DNA of 64,000 bases, from assembly GCA_902510995.1 (NCBI GenBank), contig CABXDL010000003.1, forward strand, positions 22 to 64,021, read 5' to 3'. Shown here in pieces: positions 43,090 to 53,314 of this stretch. The first letter of the stretch is position 1. Each line of letters begins with the position of its first letter. Origin of the DNA: an uncultured Candidatus Actinomarina sp. Its GTDB lineage: Bacteria > Actinomycetota > Acidimicrobiia > Actinomarinales > Actinomarinaceae. The position numbers were made by a program, and so were the translations under genes. The notes below the pieces were generated by a model. That model was not told the DNA's origin and did not search any database. It was given only the letters and a program-made list of their open reading frames with translations.

Positions 43090-44028
43090 TTATCCCTTAT
43101 TTTTAAACCAATCAATTAAACCGTTTAAACCAGTATCAAGTGTATGAGCAGGCTCCCATCCAATCTGATCTTTAGCTCTTTGATTGTTTAATACGCTTCT
43201 AAGCAATTCACCTTCTCTCTTAGGTTTATATTCTGCTTTTCCATCCCATGAAATTTTTTCTGAGAGAATAGATACCAAATCATTTACTGATGTTTCTACA
43301 CCTGTACCTATATTTAAAAATAAATTCTCATCTGATTCTGAAGATTTTATTAGTGCATCTACTACATCTAATACATATACGTAGTCTCTTGTTTGCTCTC
43401 CATCCCCATAAATAGTTGGAGTTTCATTGTTAAGAAGTTTTCCAGTAAAAATAGACATAACACCAGCTTCTCCATGTGGGTCTTGTCTTGGTCCATAAAC
43501 ATTTGATAAGTTCAATATTGAATAAGACATTGTCTCATTTTGTAACATTGCTTCAATCAATTCATTTAACTTTTTCTTTGCTAAACCATAAGGAGATGCT
43601 GGCTCTCCTGCATAATCAACTTCTGAAGTAGGAATAACATCAGGTTCACCAAAAATTGTTCCTCCTGAAGAAGTAAAAATGAATTGGTTACAATCAGTGT
43701 CTAACAATGTTTTAATTAATTGAACTGGTTGTAATAAATTATGTTCAAAATCCAGTAACGGGTCTTCAACTGAAATAACCACAGATGATTGTGCAGCTAA
43801 GTGAAAACAAACATCTGGATTAAAATTCATAATATGTTCTAAAGTATCTTCTGAACCAACATCTCCATAAATTGTGTTTTCTAAATCTAGTGAGTTTAAA
43901 TTTTGTTTTTTTCCAGTTAATAAGTTATCAACAACTAAAACTTCAATATTATTTTTATAAAGTGTCTCTACTAAATGAGAACCAATAAATCCAGCACCTC
44001 CAGTAACTAGAGCTTTTTTATAATTCAT
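43090..44028 (-). CDS. NAD-dependent sugar-nucleotide epimerase/dehydratase (GalE-like)
   Basis: 312 aa. VTGGAGFIGSHL and the YxxxK motif (YGLAKK) are present. Confidence 0.85.
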   Translation of the reverse strand: MNYKKALVTGGAGFIGSHLVETLYKNNIEVLVVDNLLTGKKQNLNSLDLENTIYGDVGSEDTLEHIMNFNPDVCFHLAAQSSVVISVEDPLLDFEHNLLQPVQLIKTLLDTDCNQFIFTSSGGTIFGEPDVIPTSEVDYAGEPASPYGLAKKKLNELIEAMLQNETMSYSILNLSNVYGPRQDPHGEAGVMSIFTGKLLNNETPTIYGDGEQTRDYVYVLDVVDALIKSSESDENLFLNIGTGVETSVNDLVSILSEKISWDGKAEYKPKREGELLRSVLNNQRAKDQIGWEPAHTLDTGLNGLIDWFKNKG

Positions 44029-44891
44029 ATTTTTTTATATATCTCCTCATCAATCACTTCATTACTTTCTATATTTGAATTTGTACATATTATAGAATTA
44101 CTCATTGCAACATTATCTCCAATAGAAGAACCCCCTAAAATTACAGAATTTTCTATTTTTGTATTTTCACCAATTACTACACCATCTGCTATCCAGTTAG
44201 TATTGTTTTCAGTATGAGCAAATATAAAAGACTCTCTTGTACCTACATCTATCATTTCACCCTCAACTGTATAACAATCTAATAACTGATTACTTGCTAG
44301 TTCTGGAAATAATGCTTTTTCAAAAGAACAAGGTATTTCTAATTCATTTTTTACTTTTTGTATGTCTTCCTTAAATAAACAATAAACACCGAGGCTGATA
44401 TTGTTCCCATATTCTAAATCTTGAGGCTTTTCAACAAAATTAATAATCTTAGATCCATCCAAATCTAAAACACCATACCTAGAAGGGTCGTCTACTGGGA
44501 TAGAGCAAATTGTAGAGTTTTTAGCTTTATCTACTTCATTTAAAAACAAGCTAAAGTCCATATTTATTAATAAATCTCCATTCATACAAATAAATTTCTC
44601 TTCAAAATTATCTATATTTTGAACTATATATCCTGCAGTATCAAGCTTTTCTTTCTCAAAATGTAATTTAATGTTAAATTTGGAATTTCCTTGATACTCT
44701 TTCCACTGAGATTCATGCTTTATTGAACAAATTAAATTTATATTATCAATATCTGTATTAGATAAATTACCCAAAATTAAATCTATTAATGGCTCTCCTT
44801 TTATTGTTAATAGAGCTTTAGGTATTCCTTCAGATAAAGGTCTTAGTCTTGTAGCTTCTCCGCCAACTAATAAATAGATGTCTTTAATCAT
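44025..44891 (-). CDS. Sugar-1-phosphate nucleotidylyltransferase with C-terminal hexapeptide-repeat domain
   Basis: 288 aa. LVGGEATRLRPLS matches the GxGTRLxPLT-type motif. The C-terminus is a left-handed beta-helix. Confidence 0.8.
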   Translation of the reverse strand: MIKDIYLLVGGEATRLRPLSEGIPKALLTIKGEPLIDLILGNLSNTDIDNINLICSIKHESQWKEYQGNSKFNIKLHFEKEKLDTAGYIVQNIDNFEEKFICMNGDLLINMDFSLFLNEVDKAKNSTICSIPVDDPSRYGVLDLDGSKIINFVEKPQDLEYGNNISLGVYCLFKEDIQKVKNELEIPCSFEKALFPELASNQLLDCYTVEGEMIDVGTRESFIFAHTENNTNWIADGVVIGENTKIENSVILGGSSIGDNVAMSNSIICTNSNIESNEVIDEEIYKKI

Positions 44892-46263
44892 TACTTAGAA
44901 GTTTAATGATTTCTTTAAATTCAGAATCAACATCTATTAATAATATTTTATCCCATATATCTTTCGCTTTATCTTCAGAAAAATGAGAAGACATATTATT
45001 AATAAATTTTTGTTTTAATAAAGGTTCTGCTTCTTCCCTTCTATTTGGGTGTCCTATAGGGGTTTCTACTGTTTCTTTATTTGAAAATGAACCATCAGTA
45101 TATTGAAAATAAATTGTGTTGGCTATATGCCTTTTTGATAGATCGTAGTAACTATCTGTAAATTCTTTGTTCTCCTGTACTTTTATTTTTTTTCTCAAAT
45201 TTTCAATTTGCTGTAATCCAGAAAAATTATCTTCATAAGTTTCAGACTTAACTTCCTTAAAGAGAAGTCCTGCTGCAATCATATATTCCAATGAATGATC
45301 TCTATCTGATGGGTTCTTTAAGTTTGCTTTATTGCTAATAATTCTTATTGCTGGTTCGTGAGTTTCGACAATAATTTTTTCAATTCCTTCTTCTTTTTCT
45401 TTATATAAATCAGCTAACTTAACTGAAGCTTCTATAGCTGACTGCCCATGAAATTCAGCTGGATAAAGAACCTTAAATAAGATATTCTCTATAACCCAAT
45501 CACTTAAATCTTTTCCAAAACTTAGTTTTTGATTATTCAAAAATATCTTTTCAAAACCCCACTCTCCATCTTGCTGAACACTTGAATAAATTTCATCTTC
45601 AAATTCACTAACTAACGCTATCTCCATGCCTCTAGAGACTGCGTCTCCAGCAGCCCAGCTTTTTCTTTTTCCAACATTTGGTTCATGTCTATATGCTCTA
45701 AGATTGACCCCATCTAATAAAATATTATTTACTGTTCTTTTTATTATCTCTGAATTATTTTTTGAAATTAATGAAGAAAATACTGAAGCTGATGCCAGTT
45801 TTACATAAAATACATGATCGTAACCCTCTTTATTGAGTGAAGTATGTAAAGCAAGGCATCCTTGTATCTCATACATTTTTATCAAAGAATCAATAAAAGT
45901 ACTTACTTTCATATTATTTTTTTCTATAAAATAACTAAATATCGTTCCAATATTATCCGATGGATGTGCCCATTCTTTAGCTAAGAACGTGTCGTTGTAA
46001 TCAAACCATCTAGTAAATATAGAGAAAAACCTAGCTCTTTCTTTTATAGACTCAATATCTTTCATATAAGAGATTGGATTATCTATTGCATCACTTAAGC
46101 CATACGTAGCAAAAATTGTTGCAGGTGTATTTAAGGAAGCATTGAAAACACATCCTATTGTGTCTAATAGGGCAAGCTTGGATGCTTTAATGTTTTTTTC
46201 GTTAAGTTGAATATCTTTATTTAAATAATCAGAAATTATTTCATCAATATTTTTTTCATCCAA
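44884..46263 (-). CDS. prpD: MmgE/PrpD-family protein (2-methylcitrate dehydratase-like)
   Basis: 459 aa with overall PrpD-like sequence. It lies directly downstream of the citrate-synthase-family gene. Confidence 0.75.
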   Translation of the reverse strand: MDEKNIDEIISDYLNKDIQLNEKNIKASKLALLDTIGCVFNASLNTPATIFATYGLSDAIDNPISYMKDIESIKERARFFSIFTRWFDYNDTFLAKEWAHPSDNIGTIFSYFIEKNNMKVSTFIDSLIKMYEIQGCLALHTSLNKEGYDHVFYVKLASASVFSSLISKNNSEIIKRTVNNILLDGVNLRAYRHEPNVGKRKSWAAGDAVSRGMEIALVSEFEDEIYSSVQQDGEWGFEKIFLNNQKLSFGKDLSDWVIENILFKVLYPAEFHGQSAIEASVKLADLYKEKEEGIEKIIVETHEPAIRIISNKANLKNPSDRDHSLEYMIAAGLLFKEVKSETYEDNFSGLQQIENLRKKIKVQENKEFTDSYYDLSKRHIANTIYFQYTDGSFSNKETVETPIGHPNRREEAEPLLKQKFINNMSSHFSEDKAKDIWDKILLIDVDSEFKEIIKLLSND

Positions 46264-46268
46264 TAGGA

Positions 46269-47342
46269 TTATTCTCTCTCTTCAATTCCAATATATTTTG
46301 CAGCTGGTCTAATTAATGTATCTTGTTCTCTTTGTTCAAAATAGTGAGCTGACCATCCTACAGACCTGCCTGCAACAAATATTGGCGTAAATAAATCTAC
46401 TTCAAAACCTAGCTCAGAAAGAAGTAGACCTCCGTAAAAATCAACATTAGGAAAGAGGTTTTTTTCTTTTGTCATAATTTCATCAATTTTTTTTGCAATT
46501 TCAAATCTATTTTTTGAAAAATCATTTTCTACCAAAGTTTCAACCCATTGTTTCACTACAACGCTTCTTGGATCTTGAACTTTGTAAACACCGTGGCCAA
46601 ATCCCATAATTTTTTTCTTTTCTTTAAGCATTTTAGGAATTTCAATTTCAGCTTCTTGAAGGGTCTTAAAACTGTTAACTAATTTTACTGCTTCCTCGTT
46701 TGCACCACCATGTAGCTCACCCTTTAATGTTCCAATTCCTGAAACAATAGCACTAGTTAAATCTGATCTAGTTGAAGCAGTAACCCTTGCTGCAAAAGTA
46801 GATGCATTAAATCCATGTTCAGCATATAAAATTAACATGTCATCAAGTGCTTCGAGTTTCTCTTTATCTGAATTATTTGGGAGTAGTGAACTAGCTACTA
46901 AATATTCATTATCTAATTCATCACAGTTCTCACTGTGATATGAAGCAATAATATAACAAACTGTTGCATTAATCCTTGCAGATAATTCTGTTTTATCTTG
47001 GTTGTCCAATGTCTGTTTCATTAATGTTGTTAATTCTCCCATATAAGAAACAACTGTTCTAACTACATCCATTGGATGTAGTTTTTCTTTAACTTCATTT
47101 AAAAGTTGATTTAGATTTTTATCTTTACTTATTTGTGAGTAATATTTTGAAAAGCTTTTTTTAAAATCTTTTTCATCTAAAGAATCATTAATTATTAACG
47201 AGGCAACAGTTTCATAAGTATGTGTTTTAGTGAGACCTATGGCATCATACCCTCGGTATCTCAAGGAAGTTCCTTCCATACCTACAGTAGATATAGCTGT
47301 TTCTCCTGCAATGACTCCTCTAAGTCCTGGTGAATATTCCAT
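46269..47342 (-). CDS. Citrate synthase / 2-methylcitrate synthase family protein (short type)
   Basis: The ATG at 47340..47342 gives MEYSPGLRGVIAGETAIS, and the track's upstream extension is not homologous-looking. The motif GFGHGVYKVQDPRS is present, with G where I expect R (GHRVY). Confidence 0.85.
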   Translation of the reverse strand: MEYSPGLRGVIAGETAISTVGMEGTSLRYRGYDAIGLTKTHTYETVASLIINDSLDEKDFKKSFSKYYSQISKDKNLNQLLNEVKEKLHPMDVVRTVVSYMGELTTLMKQTLDNQDKTELSARINATVCYIIASYHSENCDELDNEYLVASSLLPNNSDKEKLEALDDMLILYAEHGFNASTFAARVTASTRSDLTSAIVSGIGTLKGELHGGANEEAVKLVNSFKTLQEAEIEIPKMLKEKKKIMGFGHGVYKVQDPRSVVVKQWVETLVENDFSKNRFEIAKKIDEIMTKEKNLFPNVDFYGGLLLSELGFEVDLFTPIFVAGRSVGWSAHYFEQREQDTLIRPAAKYIGIEERE

Positions 47343-47419
47343 TGATAAATATATTTTACATACATTTTTTAAAATACGACTAATACAATTTTGAATTTTA
47401 TAGATACTAAAATCGTTGC

Positions 47420-50356
47420 ATGGCACAAATACACAATTTAGAAGCCAAATCAAGATTTGGAACTAGGTATATAGCAGGATTACTTCTAATAATTTCCTCT
47501 CTTTTAATTGCAGGTTGGTTTGGTTTCTTTATTTTTCTTCCAATTAAATCAGGAATGGAAGTAGTTACTACTCTAGAAGAAAAGTTTTTACCTAGAGCAG
47601 AGGGTATGGTTTTAGATTTTGTTTCTTTATCGGAACCATCAATAATTATTACCTCTGATAATCAATTATTAGATGAACTACATGATGGATTAAATAGAGA
47701 TCCAATCAAATTATCAGAAGTACCGCCATTTGTTATAAATACTTTGTTAGCAGCTGAAGATAGTAATTATTACCAACACGAGGGTGTTGACTTTGTTGCA
47801 ATATTAAGTGCTATATTGGACAACTTAAGAGGCATAACAAGAGGAGGCTCAACTATTACCTCTCAGGTTGCTAAACAATCTTTTGTGGGAGACGAGGTAT
47901 CAATAAGAAGGAAAGTTGCTGAAGCTGTTGTTGCAGCAGAATTAGAAAGAAGATATACAAAAGATCAGATTTTAGAATATTACATAAATTCAATATATTG
48001 GGGATCCGGAGCTTACGGACTTCAATCAGCAGCTTACGAATATTTCAATAAAGATGTCTCTGACCTTACTCTTGATGAAGCGGCTACTTTAGTTGTAATC
48101 ATCAGAAGTCCTGCATATTACAATCCTAGAAAATATCCAGAAAGAGTACTAGAGAGAAGAAATAATGTATTAGACATTATGCTCAAAGAAGGTTTTATTG
48201 TTGATATCCAACATAGATCTGCAAGATTAGCACCTTTAGTTGTTGTTGAAAAAGTTGATATTACAAGTAATGCTGAACATGTCTCAGCAGAAGTTAAGAG
48301 GCAGCTATTAAATGATCCTCAGTTTGCAATCTTAGGTAATACTAAAGAAGAAAGAAAAAAGAAACTATTTGGATGTCCTTCTGATGATACAACCTGCACT
48401 GGAGGAGGGGGTTTAAAAATTTATATAACATTAAATCTAGAGTATCAAGATCATGCAATCTCTGTTTTAAACAAATGGGTTCCATCAAAAGATTTAGATG
48501 ATGAAGAAGGGGATGAAGAGCCCAATCCTACAGGTGTAATCACATTACTAAATAATTACACAGGAGCTATAGAAGTTATGGCTTCTGGAATACCATTCAA
48601 AGAAGAACAATATAATCTGGCAACTCAAGGGAAAAGAAATCCTGGTTCTGCCTTTAAACCTATAACTTTACTTGCAGCATTAGAAACTGGTTCCAAACTA
48701 TATAGCCACAGAGACTCAAGATCACCAGTTGAAATAGACTGTGGATACCCATGTGCTCCTGATGGAATAGGCACAAATTGGGTAGTAAGAAATTATGGAA
48801 CTTCAATAACGGCGGACAGATTTATAAATAAAGTTTCAGCTCAAGATAGGGCTATAGAATTACAATGCCTAGGTTTTCATATCGAAGAAATTAAAAACAA
48901 AGATTTTATTGATCAATTTCCATTAGCCCAAAATATTGATGAATTAGAAGAAGAAGAAGAAAAGATTCTTGCTATAGGAGTAGCTCTAAACCAATACACG
49001 GAGGAAGGGGAATCAATAACATACCGGGAAGCAAACGAAGATGAAGTAATTGACCCTGAAGATAATATCATTACAGATTTAGAAAAAATTGAAGAACAAG
49101 GAAATTTAATTCAAATTAATTTAGAAAATGAAAAACAATTTATATTTAAACCTTGTCAAGATAAGTCAGAATATAACAGATCTATAAGGTTACTAAGCAC
49201 ATCAGGGATGATCTCTTTAGAAGAGGCAACTAGAAGATCTATAAATACTGTTTTTGCTCAATTAGCATCAGAAATTGGTGGAGAAAGACTTGCAAATACT
49301 GCAAAAAGAATAGGAATAGAATCAGAACTAGATCCTGTAATATCACTTACCTTAGGTGCAGGAGCTGTAACTCCAATTGAATTAGCTTCTGCTTATTCTT
49401 CTTTCGCAACAAATGGAGTGCTAGCTCCTCCGTATCTAATTGAAAAAATTGAAGATAGCAAAGGAGATTTAATCTACAGACATATCACGTCTCAAAGAGT
49501 AAGTATCCCTGATCCAGCAGCAGCAGTAGCTGTTCGTAAAACTTTAGAATTAGCAGCACAATATGGTACGGGTACTCGAGCTGTTTTGGATGATAGAGGG
49601 ATAGCTGGAAAAACAGGAACTCATCAAGGTTTTAGAGAAGCATGGTTTATCGGTTTTATACCTCAATATACTTCTTCAGTTTGGATTGGCTTTGCTGAAG
49701 AACAACTCCCTCTTACTGATGTTGAAATAAATGGAGAAGTAGTTTCAAATGTTTCAGGAGGGAGAGTACCAGCACCAATCTGGAAAGAATTTATGGAAAA
49801 AGTTGTTGAAGATTTGCCTATTGTTGAATGGCCACAAGATCCTATTGAAATTGATAGATATTATGAAATTCCAAAAGTTGAGATACCTGATCTTATTGGG
49901 TTAAATGTTTTGGATGGGGAAGAAATAGCATTTTCAAATTATATATTGCCAATAATTAATTTAATTGATTCAGAAGAAACACCTGGATTAATTTTATCTC
50001 AAACAGTTGAAAATTGTGATCGTGAAAATAATACAGAAAATGAAAATGGTGATAATTGTATAGGTGTAGAAATGCCTGAAGGTACAGTTATAAATTTAGA
50101 AGTTTCTGGAAACAAATTCAGTGCGGAAATTCCTAATATACCACCTTGTACTTTGTCTATTGAAGAAGGCCAAAGTTTAATTAAAGAGTTTATGAGAGAA
50201 ACAAATGTAATTTTATTTTTAAAAAGCTCTTTTGATTCAAGCGAGTTACCAGGATGTGAAGGTAAAATAATTGGAACAAACATCCCTCAAGGAGGAACTG
50301 TATCTACAGGAGATACACTAATTTTTATTATTGCTAATTCTCAAGAAGACCAGTAG
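47420..50356 (+). CDS. Class A penicillin-binding protein (GT51 transglycosylase + transpeptidase) with internal acidic insertion and C-terminal PASTA-like modules
   Basis: 978 aa. GT51 motifs are AAEDSNYYQHEGVD and GGSTITSQVAK. The transpeptidase (TP) motifs are SAFK, SIN and KTGT. The SxxK-to-SxN distance is about 197 aa. Confidence 0.9.
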   Translation: MAQIHNLEAKSRFGTRYIAGLLLIISSLLIAGWFGFFIFLPIKSGMEVVTTLEEKFLPRAEGMVLDFVSLSEPSIIITSDNQLLDELHDGLNRDPIKLSEVPPFVINTLLAAEDSNYYQHEGVDFVAILSAILDNLRGITRGGSTITSQVAKQSFVGDEVSIRRKVAEAVVAAELERRYTKDQILEYYINSIYWGSGAYGLQSAAYEYFNKDVSDLTLDEAATLVVIIRSPAYYNPRKYPERVLERRNNVLDIMLKEGFIVDIQHRSARLAPLVVVEKVDITSNAEHVSAEVKRQLLNDPQFAILGNTKEERKKKLFGCPSDDTTCTGGGGLKIYITLNLEYQDHAISVLNKWVPSKDLDDEEGDEEPNPTGVITLLNNYTGAIEVMASGIPFKEEQYNLATQGKRNPGSAFKPITLLAALETGSKLYSHRDSRSPVEIDCGYPCAPDGIGTNWVVRNYGTSITADRFINKVSAQDRAIELQCLGFHIEEIKNKDFIDQFPLAQNIDELEEEEEKILAIGVALNQYTEEGESITYREANEDEVIDPEDNIITDLEKIEEQGNLIQINLENEKQFIFKPCQDKSEYNRSIRLLSTSGMISLEEATRRSINTVFAQLASEIGGERLANTAKRIGIESELDPVISLTLGAGAVTPIELASAYSSFATNGVLAPPYLIEKIEDSKGDLIYRHITSQRVSIPDPAAAVAVRKTLELAAQYGTGTRAVLDDRGIAGKTGTHQGFREAWFIGFIPQYTSSVWIGFAEEQLPLTDVEINGEVVSNVSGGRVPAPIWKEFMEKVVEDLPIVEWPQDPIEIDRYYEIPKVEIPDLIGLNVLDGEEIAFSNYILPIINLIDSEETPGLILSQTVENCDRENNTENENGDNCIGVEMPEGTVINLEVSGNKFSAEIPNIPPCTLSIEEGQSLIKEFMRETNVILFLKSSFDSSELPGCEGKIIGTNIPQGGTVSTGDTLIFIIANSQEDQ

Positions 50357-51698
50357 TTACAATTTTAAAAAATTCGTAAAGAGAGAGGACCCCAAATCCA
50401 GTAGCACCTTTTCTATTGTCTGATCTAGCCGGACCAGCAATATCTAAATGTATCCATTTATTATCATCTATAAACTCCTGAAGAAGCAAAGCTGCTGTTA
50501 TGGCTCCTCCATACCTTCCTCCTGTATTCTTCATATCAGCAATGTCTGAATCTATCAACTTTTTATAGTCAGAATATAGAGGAAGAGGATGGTATGGCTC
50601 CAAAGATTTCTCACTTGCTTTCATAAAAGCAGATTGAAGATCATAATCATTTGAAAAAAGAGCTCCTACGTCTAAGCCGAGAGCTCCTACTGCGGCTCCT
50701 GTAAGGGTTGCTATATCACAAATTATATCTGGTTTTTTTTCAGCAGCGTATGCTAATGCATCTGCCATAATAAGTCTTCCCTCAGCATCGGTGTTTAATA
50801 CTTCAATTGTTTTGCCATTTCTAATTGTGAGTACGTCACCTGGCCTAATTGCAGAACCACTAGGCATATTTTCCACAAGAGGGGTATAAACCGTTAATCC
50901 AACATCAATTTTGTTTTGAGCTACTAAATTAATAGCTCCCCATGCTGTTGCTGCACCTGACATATCAGTTTTCATTGTTTCCATTCCAGAAGGGCTTTTT
51001 AGTGAAAGACCACCTGAATCAAATAACACACCCTTTCCAATTAATGCAATCTGAAATTTTGCATCAGGATTATATTTTCCAATTAAAAAATATGGCTCAC
51101 GTACAGAACCTTGCGATACTCCTAAAACTCCACCAAAATTATTTTTTTCAAGCCATTTTTTATCATGAATCTCAAGCTTTATTTCTTTGTTTGAAGAAAT
51201 TGCTTCAACCTGTTCAATAAAATATTCTGGGGACCTATCAAAAGCTGGTGTATTTATTAAATCTTTTACCCAAAAAAGAGCATCCCTCTTTTCTAAAAGT
51301 CCTTTGGTCTCAAGAGAGTCACTAAAAGTAATTTCATTCTTGTCTTTATTCTTTGACTGATATTTATCAAAATTATATTGAGAAAGAAGAATGCCAAGAA
51401 TAACTGGTTCAAATTCTCCCTTAAAGTTAAGGATGCTTAATTCACAACTTTCTTTTAACTTACTTCCAATTAAGTACCCAAGTTCTAATAATTCTTTGTT
51501 ATTTTTAGTACTATCTTCGCACCCAACTAAGAGTGTTTTGTTATTATTTATTGACATTGAAGGAGGTAAAAATAATAAATCTTTATCCTTGCCTTCAAAT
51601 GAGTGAGTTGAGATATACTCCTCAAATTGTTCTTGATTATCAATAAACTCTTCTTTTTTTTGAAAACTTGATTCAAAAAATAATATATCAATATTCAT
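50334..51698 (-). CDS. pepA: Leucyl aminopeptidase (M17)
   Basis: 454 aa. GKGVLFDSGGLSLK and NTDAEGRL are present. Confidence 0.92.
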   Translation of the reverse strand: MNIDILFFESSFQKKEEFIDNQEQFEEYISTHSFEGKDKDLLFLPPSMSINNNKTLLVGCEDSTKNNKELLELGYLIGSKLKESCELSILNFKGEFEPVILGILLSQYNFDKYQSKNKDKNEITFSDSLETKGLLEKRDALFWVKDLINTPAFDRSPEYFIEQVEAISSNKEIKLEIHDKKWLEKNNFGGVLGVSQGSVREPYFLIGKYNPDAKFQIALIGKGVLFDSGGLSLKSPSGMETMKTDMSGAATAWGAINLVAQNKIDVGLTVYTPLVENMPSGSAIRPGDVLTIRNGKTIEVLNTDAEGRLIMADALAYAAEKKPDIICDIATLTGAAVGALGLDVGALFSNDYDLQSAFMKASEKSLEPYHPLPLYSDYKKLIDSDIADMKNTGGRYGGAITAALLLQEFIDDNKWIHLDIAGPARSDNRKGATGFGVLSLYEFFKIVTTGLLEN

Positions 51699-52237
51699 TT
51701 ACTTGGTGTCCAATCTTCTTCAAAATCTCGTGCCAGCATCCATAATAAATCAGATAATCTATTTAGATAAACCACAACTTTAGAATCATCTATTTCTAGT
51801 CTGTTTTGCCAAGTTACACATTTTCTTTCTGCTCTTCTTGATACAACTCTAGACCATTCAAATTTTGCTGAAATAATACTTTCTCCAGGAACAACAAAGA
51901 ATTCAGGTATTCCATTTTTTTCTTCTAAGAAATCTATTTCCTTTTCCAATACTTCTACCATTGAATTATCAACTAAAGTTTTTTTAGCTTTTAACTTAGT
52001 CCTATTCTCTTTTGCTGTCGCCAATTCAGCACCAACAATAAACAGTTCTCTTTGAATTCTTAATACTGTTTCTTTTATTTCAATAGGAAGTTCTTTCTCT
52101 GCTCTAATTAAGCCAAGAGATGCAACCAGTTCGTCAACTGATCCATACGCTTCTGGAGCAAGACTATCTTTTGGTACGGTGTCTCCATACAATAATTTTG
52201 TTTCACCCTGGTCTCCAGTTTTTGTATAAATATTCAT
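51695..52237 (-). CDS. ATP:cob(I)alamin adenosyltransferase, PduO type
   Basis: The ATG at 52235..52237 gives MNIYTKTGDQGETKL, the canonical N-terminus. It overlaps pepA by 4 nt. Confidence 0.85.
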   Translation of the reverse strand: MNIYTKTGDQGETKLLYGDTVPKDSLAPEAYGSVDELVASLGLIRAEKELPIEIKETVLRIQRELFIVGAELATAKENRTKLKAKKTLVDNSMVEVLEKEIDFLEEKNGIPEFFVVPGESIISAKFEWSRVVSRRAERKCVTWQNRLEIDDSKVVVYLNRLSDLLWMLARDFEEDWTPSK

Positions 52238-52256
52238 ATTGTAAGAATAGATACTG

Positions 52257-52910
52257 TTAGGACAAAAGTAAAAGAGTTCCCGACGCTCCAATTGATACTA
52301 TAAGAGAAAGATAACTCAATCCCGTTGCTGCCATTACTCCTGTATAGGATTTTTCATTTAAAGACTTATAAGAGGCAAAAGATAAAATTGCAGTTGATAA
52401 ATATAAAAACATTATCACTAGTTTGTAAATATAACTTATATCATCAGTTAAGTAATTAAAGTAAACTAATGGAATAATTAATAAGGGTTGAACTGAAGTA
52501 ACAATAGCAATTTTTTTCATACCTTCTTTAGATATAGTTGGATCAACTAAAAACCAATGGCCAATCATCATTAATGAAAATACACCACTAATTAATGAAA
52601 TAGGCAGAATATATTTGAGTATGTAAGTTAATATTTCTGTCTCGAAACTATTAATAAGAATGCTGTTCAATATTAGAAAACTTACAAAAAAAAGAAATAT
52701 CTCGATAATTTTATTTTTCATAAATATTGAAATAATTAACAATAATAGAGAAACTATTATGAAAATATCAAAATTAATTAACCCTGTAGAACAAATAAGT
52801 GATAAAAATAATATGCTAAATCCTTGTCTAGGTTTAATCATATTTCTTATATAGCCCAAATATGGAATGCAAAAAACTAATAAAACAAAGACAAAAGTGC
52901 TCAAACTCAT
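52257..52910 (-). CDS. Hypothetical integral membrane protein (about 6-7 TM)
   Basis: The ATG at 52908..52910 (MSLSTFVFVLLV...) is preferred over the track start at 52973, which would overlap the divergent gene. No family was recognised. Confidence 0.55.
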   Translation of the reverse strand: MSLSTFVFVLLVFCIPYLGYIRNMIKPRQGFSILFLSLICSTGLINFDIFIIVSLLLLIISIFMKNKIIEIFLFFVSFLILNSILINSFETEILTYILKYILPISLISGVFSLMMIGHWFLVDPTISKEGMKKIAIVTSVQPLLIIPLVYFNYLTDDISYIYKLVIMFLYLSTAILSFASYKSLNEKSYTGVMAATGLSYLSLIVSIGASGTLLLLS

Positions 52911-52933
52911 ACTTCTTTTACAATAATGTTTAT

Positions 52934-53278
52934 ATGAGAAACGATACAAATAAACGAAAATTATTTCTTGCAATAATATTTGGATTACTATTTGTATTAA
53001 TTCCTAACATCCAAACTATTTCAGAAAATTTAGTTATTAATCAGAATTTAATATTATCTATGATAATTTATTCAATCCTTTCATATTTGGCAATTTATTC
53101 TTACTCAACAAATAAGGTCGCAGGAATTATATTATTAAGCAGCATTTCCTTTCTCTCACCTAATTTATATAAAAATTTCAAGGGTGAGCTTTATCCAATA
53201 ACAATTGTTATTTTTTGCTCTTTTTTAGGTTATATTTTTGGTATTAAAAGGTATAAGAAATGGAAAAGTTCACTCTAA
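52934..53278 (+). CDS. Hypothetical small membrane protein (about 3-4 TM)
   Basis: The internal ATG at 52934 (MRNDTNKRKLFLAIIFGLLF...) is preferred over 52862. The protein is hydrophobic. Confidence 0.5.
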   Translation: MRNDTNKRKLFLAIIFGLLFVLIPNIQTISENLVINQNLILSMIIYSILSYLAIYSYSTNKVAGIILLSSISFLSPNLYKNFKGELYPITIVIFCSFLGYIFGIKRYKKWKSSL

Positions 53279-53314
53279 ATAAACAATTTATTTCTAATAA
53301 TCTAAACTGGAATA

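Noticed and set aside
47343-47453. The N-terminal extension of the citrate-synthase ORF (track start 47453), which overlaps the PBP gene start.
   Set aside because: The extension (MIWLLNCVFVPCNDFS...) does not look like citrate synthase. MEYSPGLRGVIAGET at 47342 matches the family N-terminus and leaves a 77-nt divergent promoter region.
52257-52973. A possible rhodopsin/heliorhodopsin-like 7-TM protein, since marine streamlined actinobacteria carry rhodopsins.
   Set aside because: I could not find a retinal-binding Lys context or any other rhodopsin motif. The helices are short and Ile/Leu/Phe-rich with no conserved polar pattern. It is left as a hypothetical membrane protein.
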